This document shows positions 58,101-64,000 of a stretch of DNA of 64,000 bases, in pieces. Source of the DNA: the human T2T-CHM13v2.0 reference genome, Homo sapiens; the NCBI RefSeq assembly GCF_009914755.1, contig NC_060925.1, one strand, 5' to 3'. The translations under genes and the position numbers were made by a program. The notes under the pieces were generated by a model. That model did no database searches. It saw only the letters and a program-made list of their open reading frames with translations, and was not told the origin of the DNA. The number at the start of each line of letters is the position of its first letter. Position 1 is the stretch's first letter.

Positions 58101-61100
58101 GGAACAGTCAATGAACTCGAATGGAATCATCATTGAATGGAATCGAATGGAATCATCGAGTGGAATCGAATGGAATTATGATCAAATGGAATCTAATGTA
58201 ATCATCATCAAATGGAATCAAAAATAACCATCATCAATTGGTATTGAATGGAATTGTCATCAAATGGAATTCAAAGGAATCATCATCAAATGGAACCGAA
58301 TGGAATCCTCATTGAATGGAAATGAAAGGGGTCATCATCTAATGGAATCGCATGGAATCATCATCAAATGGAATCGAATGGAATCATCATCAAATGGAAT
58401 CTAATGGAATCATTGAACAGAATTGAATGGAATCGTCATCGAATGAATTGAATGCAATAATCGAATGGTCTCGAATGGAATCATCTTCTAATGGAAAGGA
58501 ATGGAATCATCGCATAGAATCGAATGGAATTATCATCGAATGGAATCGAATGGTATCAACACCAAACGGAAAAAAACGGAATTATCGAATGGAATCGAAG
58601 AGAATCTTCGAACGGACCCGAATGGAATCATCTAATGGAATGGAATGGAATAATCCATGGACTCGAATGCAATCATCATCGAATGGAATCGAATGGAATC
58701 ATCGAATGGACTCGAATGGAATAATCATTGAACGGAATCGAATGGAATCATCATCGGATGGAAACGAATGGAATCATCATCGAATGGAAATGAAAGGAGT
58801 CATCATCTAATGGAATTGCATGGAATCATCATAAAATGGAATCGAATGGAATCAACATCAAATGGAATCAAATGGAATCATTGAACGGAATTGAATGGAA
58901 TCGTCATCGAATGAATTGACTGCAATCATCGAATGGTCTCGAATGGAATCATCTTCAAATGGAATGGAATGGAATCATCGCATAGAATCGAATGGAATTA
59001 TCATCGAATGGAATCGAATGGAATCAACATCAAACGGAAAAAAACGGAATTATCGAATGGAATCGAAGAGAATCATCGAATGGACCCGAATGGAATCATC
59101 TAATGGAATGGAATGGAATAATCCATGGACTCGAATGCAATCATCATCGAATGGAATCGAATGGAATCATCGAATGGATTCGAATGGAATAATCATTGAA
59201 CGGAATCGAATGGAATCATCATCGGATGGAAATGAATGGAATCATCATCGAATGGAATCGAATAGAATTATGGAATGAAATCCAGTGTGATCATCATCGA
59301 ATGGACCCGAATGGAATCATCATCCAACGGAAGCTAATGGAATCAACATCGAATGAATCGAATGGAAACACCATCGAATTGAAACGAATGGAATTATCAT
59401 GAAATTGAAATGGATGGACTCATCATCGAATGGATTCGAATGGAATCATCGAATAAAATTGATTGAAATCATCATCGAATGGAATCGAATGGTATCATTG
59501 AATGGAATCGAATGGAATCATCATCAGATGGAAATGAATGGAATCGTCATAGAATGGAATCGAATGGATTCATTGAATGGAATCAGATGGAATCATCGAA
59601 TGGACTGGAATGGAATCATTGAATGGACTCGAAAGGGATCATGATTGAATGGAATTGAATGGAATCATCGAATGGTCTCGATTGGAATCATTATCAAATG
59701 GAATCGAATGGAATCACCGAATAGAATCGAATGGAACAATCATCGAATGGACTCAAATGGAATTATCCTCCAATGGAATCGAATGGAATTATCGAATGCA
59801 ATCGAATGGAATTATCGAATGCAATCGAATAGAATCATCGAATGGACTCGAATGGAATCATCGAATGGAATGGAATGGAACAGTCAATGAACTCGAATGG
59901 AATCATCATTGAATGGAATCGAATGGAATCATCGAGTGGAATCGAATGGAATTATGATCAAATGGAATCGAATGTAATCATCATCAAATGGAATCAAAAA
60001 TAACCATCATCAATTGGTATTGAATGGAATTGTCATCAAATGGAATTCAAAGGAATCATCATCAAATGGAACCGAATGGAATCCTCATTGAATGGAAATG
60101 AAAGGGGTCATCATCTAATGGAATCGCATGGAATCATCATCAAATGGAATCGAATGGAATCATCATCAAATGGAATCTAATGGAATCATTGAACAGAATT
60201 GAATGGAATCGTCATCGAATGAATTGAATGCAATCATTGAATGGTCTCGAATGGAATCATCTTCTAATGGAAAGGAATGGAATCATCGCATAGAATCGAA
60301 TGGAATTATCATCGAATGGAATCGAATGGTATCAACACCAAACGGAAAAAAACGGAATTATCGAATGGAATCGAAGAGAATCTTCGAACGGACCCGAATG
60401 GAATCATCTAATGGAATGGAATGGAATAATCCATGGACTCGAATGCAATCATCATCGAATGGAATCGAATGGAATCATCGAATGGACTCGAATGGAATAA
60501 TCATTGAACGGAATCGATTGGAATCATCATCGGATGGAAACGAATGGAATCATCATCGAATGGAAATGAAAGGAGTCATCATCTAATGGAATTGCATGGA
60601 ATCATCATAAAATGGAATCGAATGGAATCAACATCAAATGGAATCAAATGGAATCATTGAACGGAATTGAATGGAATCGTCATCGAATGAATTGACTGCA
60701 ATCATCCAATGGTCTCGAATGGAATCATCTTCAAATGGAATGGAATGGAATCATCGCATAGAATCGAATGGAATTATCATCGAATGGAATCGAATGGAAT
60801 CAACATCAAACGGAAAAAAACGGAATTATCGAATGGAATCGAAGAGAATCATCGAATGGACCCGAATGGAATCATCTAATGGAATGGAATGGAATAATCC
60901 ATGGACTCGAATGCAATCATCATCGAATGGAATCAAATGGAATCATCGAATGGACTCGAATGGAATAATCATTGAACGGAATCGAATGGAATCATCATCA
61001 GATGGAAATGAATGGAATCATCATCGAATGGAATCGAATAGAATTATGGAATGAAATCCAGTGTGATCATCATCGAATGGACCCGAATGGAATCATCATC

Positions 61101-64000
61101 CAACGGAAGCTAATGGAATCAACATCGAATGAATCAAATGGAAACACCATCGAATTGAAACGAATGGAATTATCATGAAATTGAAATGGATGGACTCATC
61201 ATCGAATGGATTCGAATGGAATCATCGAATAAAATTGATTGAAATCATCATCCAATGGAATCGAATGGTATCATTGAATGGAATCGAATGGAATCATCAT
61301 CAGATGGAAATGAATGGAATCGTCATAGAATGGAATCGAATGGATTCATTGAATGGAATCAGATGGAATCATCGAATGGACTGGAATGGAATCATTGAAT
61401 GGACTCGAAAGGGATCATGATTGAATGGAATTGAATGGAATCATCGAATGGTCTCGATTGGAATCATTATCAAATGGAAACGAATGGAATCACCGAATAG
61501 AATCGAATGGAACAATCATCGAATGGACTCAAATGGAATTATCCTCAAATGGAATCGAATGGAATTATCGAATGCAATCGAATGGAATTATCGAATGCAA
61601 TCGAATAGAATGATCGAATGGACTCGAATGGAATCATCGAATGGAATGGAATGGAACAGTCAATGAACTCGAATGGAATCATCATTGAATGGAATCGAAT
61701 GGAATCATCGAGTGGAATCGAATGGAATTATGATCAAATGCAATCGAATGTAATCCTCATCAAATGGAATCAAAAATAACCATCATCAATTGGTATTGAA
61801 TGGAATTGTCATCAAATGGAATTCAAAGGAATCATCATCAAATGGAACCGAATGGAATCCTCATTGAATGGAAATGAAAGGGGTCATCATCTAATGGAAT
61901 CGCATGGAATCATCATCAAATGGAATCGAATGGAATCATCATCAAATGGAATCTAATGGAATCATTGAACAGAATTGAATGGAATCGTCATCGAATGAAT
62001 TGAATGCAATCATCGAATGGTCGCGAATGGAATCATCTTCTAATGGAAAGGAATGGAATCATCGCATAGAATCGAATGGAATTATCATCGAATGGAATCG
62101 AATGGTATCAACACCAAACGGAAAAAAACGGAATTATCGAATGGAATCGAAGAGAATCTTCGAACGGACCCGAATGGAATCATCTAATGGAATGCAATGG
62201 AATAATCCATGGACTCGAATGCAATCATCATCGAATGGAATGGAATGGAATCATCGAATGGACTCGAATGGAATAATCATTGAACGGAATCGAATGGAAT
62301 CATCATCGGATGGAAACGAATGGAATCATCATCGAATGGAAATGAAAGGAGTCATCATCTAATGGAATTGCATGGAATCATCATCAAATGGAATCGAATG
62401 GAATCAACATCAAATGGAATCAAATGGAATCATTGAACGGAATTGAATGGAATCGTCATCGAATGAATTGACTGCAATCATCGAATGGTTTCGAATGGAA
62501 TCATCTTCAAATGGAATGGAATGGAATCATCGCATAGAATCGAATGGAATTATCATCGAATGGAATCGAATGGAATCAACATCAAACGGAAAAAAACGGA
62601 ATTATCGAATGGAATCGAAGAGAATCATCGAATGGACCCGAATGGAATCATCTAATGGAATGGAATGGAATAATCCATGGACTCGAATGCAATCATCATC
62701 GAATGGAATCGAATGGAATCATCGAATGGACTCGAATGGAATAATCATTGAACGGAATCGAATGGAATCATCATCGGATGGAAATGAATGGAATCATCAT
62801 CGAATGGAATCGAATAGAATTATGGAATGAAATCCAGTGTGATCATCATCGAATGGACCCGAATGGAATCATCATCCAACGGAAGCTAATGGAATCAACA
62901 TCGAATGAATCGAATGGAAACACCATCGAATTGAAACGAATGGAATTATCATGAAATTGAAATGGATGGACTCATCATCGAATGGATTCGAATGGAATCA
63001 TCGAATAAAATTGATTGAAATCATCATCCAATGGAATCGAATGGTATCATTGAATGGAATCGAATGGAATCATCATCAGATTGAAATGAATGGAATCGTC
63101 ATAGAATGGAATCGAATGGATTCATTGAATGGAATCAGATGGAATCATCGAATGGACTGGAATGGAATCATTGAATGGACTCGAAAGGGATCATGATTGA
63201 ATGGAATTGAATGGAATCATCGAATGGTCTCGATTGGAATCATTATCAAATGGAATCGAATGGAATCACCGAATAGAATCGAATGGAACAATCATCGAAT
63301 GGACTCAAATGGAATTATCCTCAAATGGAATCGAATGGAATTATCGAATGCAATCGAATGGAATTATCGAATGCAATCGAATAGAATCATCGAAAGGACT
63401 CGAATGGAATCATCGAATGGAATGGAATGGAACAGTCAATGAACTCGAATGGAATCATCATTGAATGGAATCGAATGGAATCATCGAGTGGAATCGAATG
63501 GAATTATGATCAAATGGAATCTAATGTAATCATCATCAAATGGAATCAAAAATAACCATCATCAATTGGTATTGAATGGAATTGTCATCAAATGGAATTC
63601 AAAGGAATCATCATCAAATGGAACCGAATGGAATCCTCATTGAATGGAAATGAAAGGGGTCATCATCTAATGGAATCGCATGGAATCATCATCAAATGGA
63701 ATCGAATGGAATCATCATCAAATGGAATCTAATGGAATCATTGAACAGAATTGAATGGAATCGTCATCGAATGAATTGAATGCAATCATCGAATGGTCTC
63801 GAATGGAATCATCTTCTAATGGAAAGGAATGGAATCATCGCATAGAATCGAATGGAATTATCATCGAATGGAATCGAATGGTATCAACACCAAACGGAAA
63901 AAAACGGAATTATCGAATGGAATCGAAGAGAATCTTCGAACGGACCCGAATGGAATCATCTAATGGAATGGAATGGAATAATCCATGGACTCGAATGCAA

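Larger units (their letters stand above)
1..64000 (+). repeat. Human satellite 2 (HSat2/HSATII) pericentromeric tandem array, GGAAT strand on +
   Basis: The entire window is degenerate GAATGGAATC/CGAATGGAATCATCAT, the reverse complement of the HSat2 signature CATTCGATTC / ATTCCATTCG+ATG. TCGA is very abundant and pure (GGAAT)n runs are short, which favours HSat2 over HSat3. Confidence 0.97.

Noticed and set aside
481-63464. Hundreds of 60-178 aa plus-strand ORFs (MESSSNE..., MELSSNGIEW..., MKLKWMD...)
   Set aside because: They are low-complexity translations of GGAAT/CGAAT repeats that overlap in several frames and are opened or closed at random by SNVs and indels. There are no recognisable domains or gene structure.
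1-64000. All ORFs lying on one strand, resembling an operon
   Set aside because: Composition explains it: the plus strand is rich in ATG (AATGG), while the minus strand is full of TGA stops from GATGAT and TTGA.
1-64000. CRISPR-like regular short repeats
   Set aside because: There are no unique spacers, since the intervening sequence is itself repeat-derived and recurs in every unit. No cas genes or leader are present.
1-64000. HSat3, alpha satellite or telomeric repeat identity
   Set aside because: There are no long (GGAAT)n runs or CAACCCGAGT-type HSat3 interruptions, no 171-bp period and no TTAGGG.
1-64000. Inversion or foreign (viral, transposon or unique) insertion within the array
   Set aside because: I saw no CATTC-oriented block or non-satellite stretch while reading, and all unit spacings are accounted for by 1776 with changes of 3, 23, 49, 483 or multiples of 468 bp.

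Overview
The whole 64 kb is one uninterrupted tandem array of human-type classical satellite 2 (HSat2/HSATII), with the GGAAT/CGAAT strand on + throughout. It is built from degenerate 23/26-bp units, (TCGAATGGAA)2 plus (TCA)1-2, organised into a 1,776-bp higher-order unit with one EcoRI site. This fits the ~1.77-kb chromosome 1q12 HSat2 array; the chromosome assignment is an inference. I see no genes, RNA genes, transposons, CRISPR arrays or inversions, and all listed ORFs are translations of the satellite. I found no evidence of a new protein-coding system. The interesting content is the array's structural history. Each unit holds an internal 2 x 468-bp dimer whose copy number varies (1, 2, 3 or 6 modules, including reciprocal hybrids). 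Variant unit lengths are 1308, 1727, 1753, 1773, 1799, 2244, 2259 and 3648 bp. There is an ~11.2-kb tandem macro-duplication, an out-of-register 5,811-bp duplication with a nested single-unit duplication, further 1-unit and 3-unit duplications, and sites that flip repeatedly between otherwise near-identical paralogs. Coordinates were read by eye and from ORF-track offsets, so duplication boundaries are approximate.
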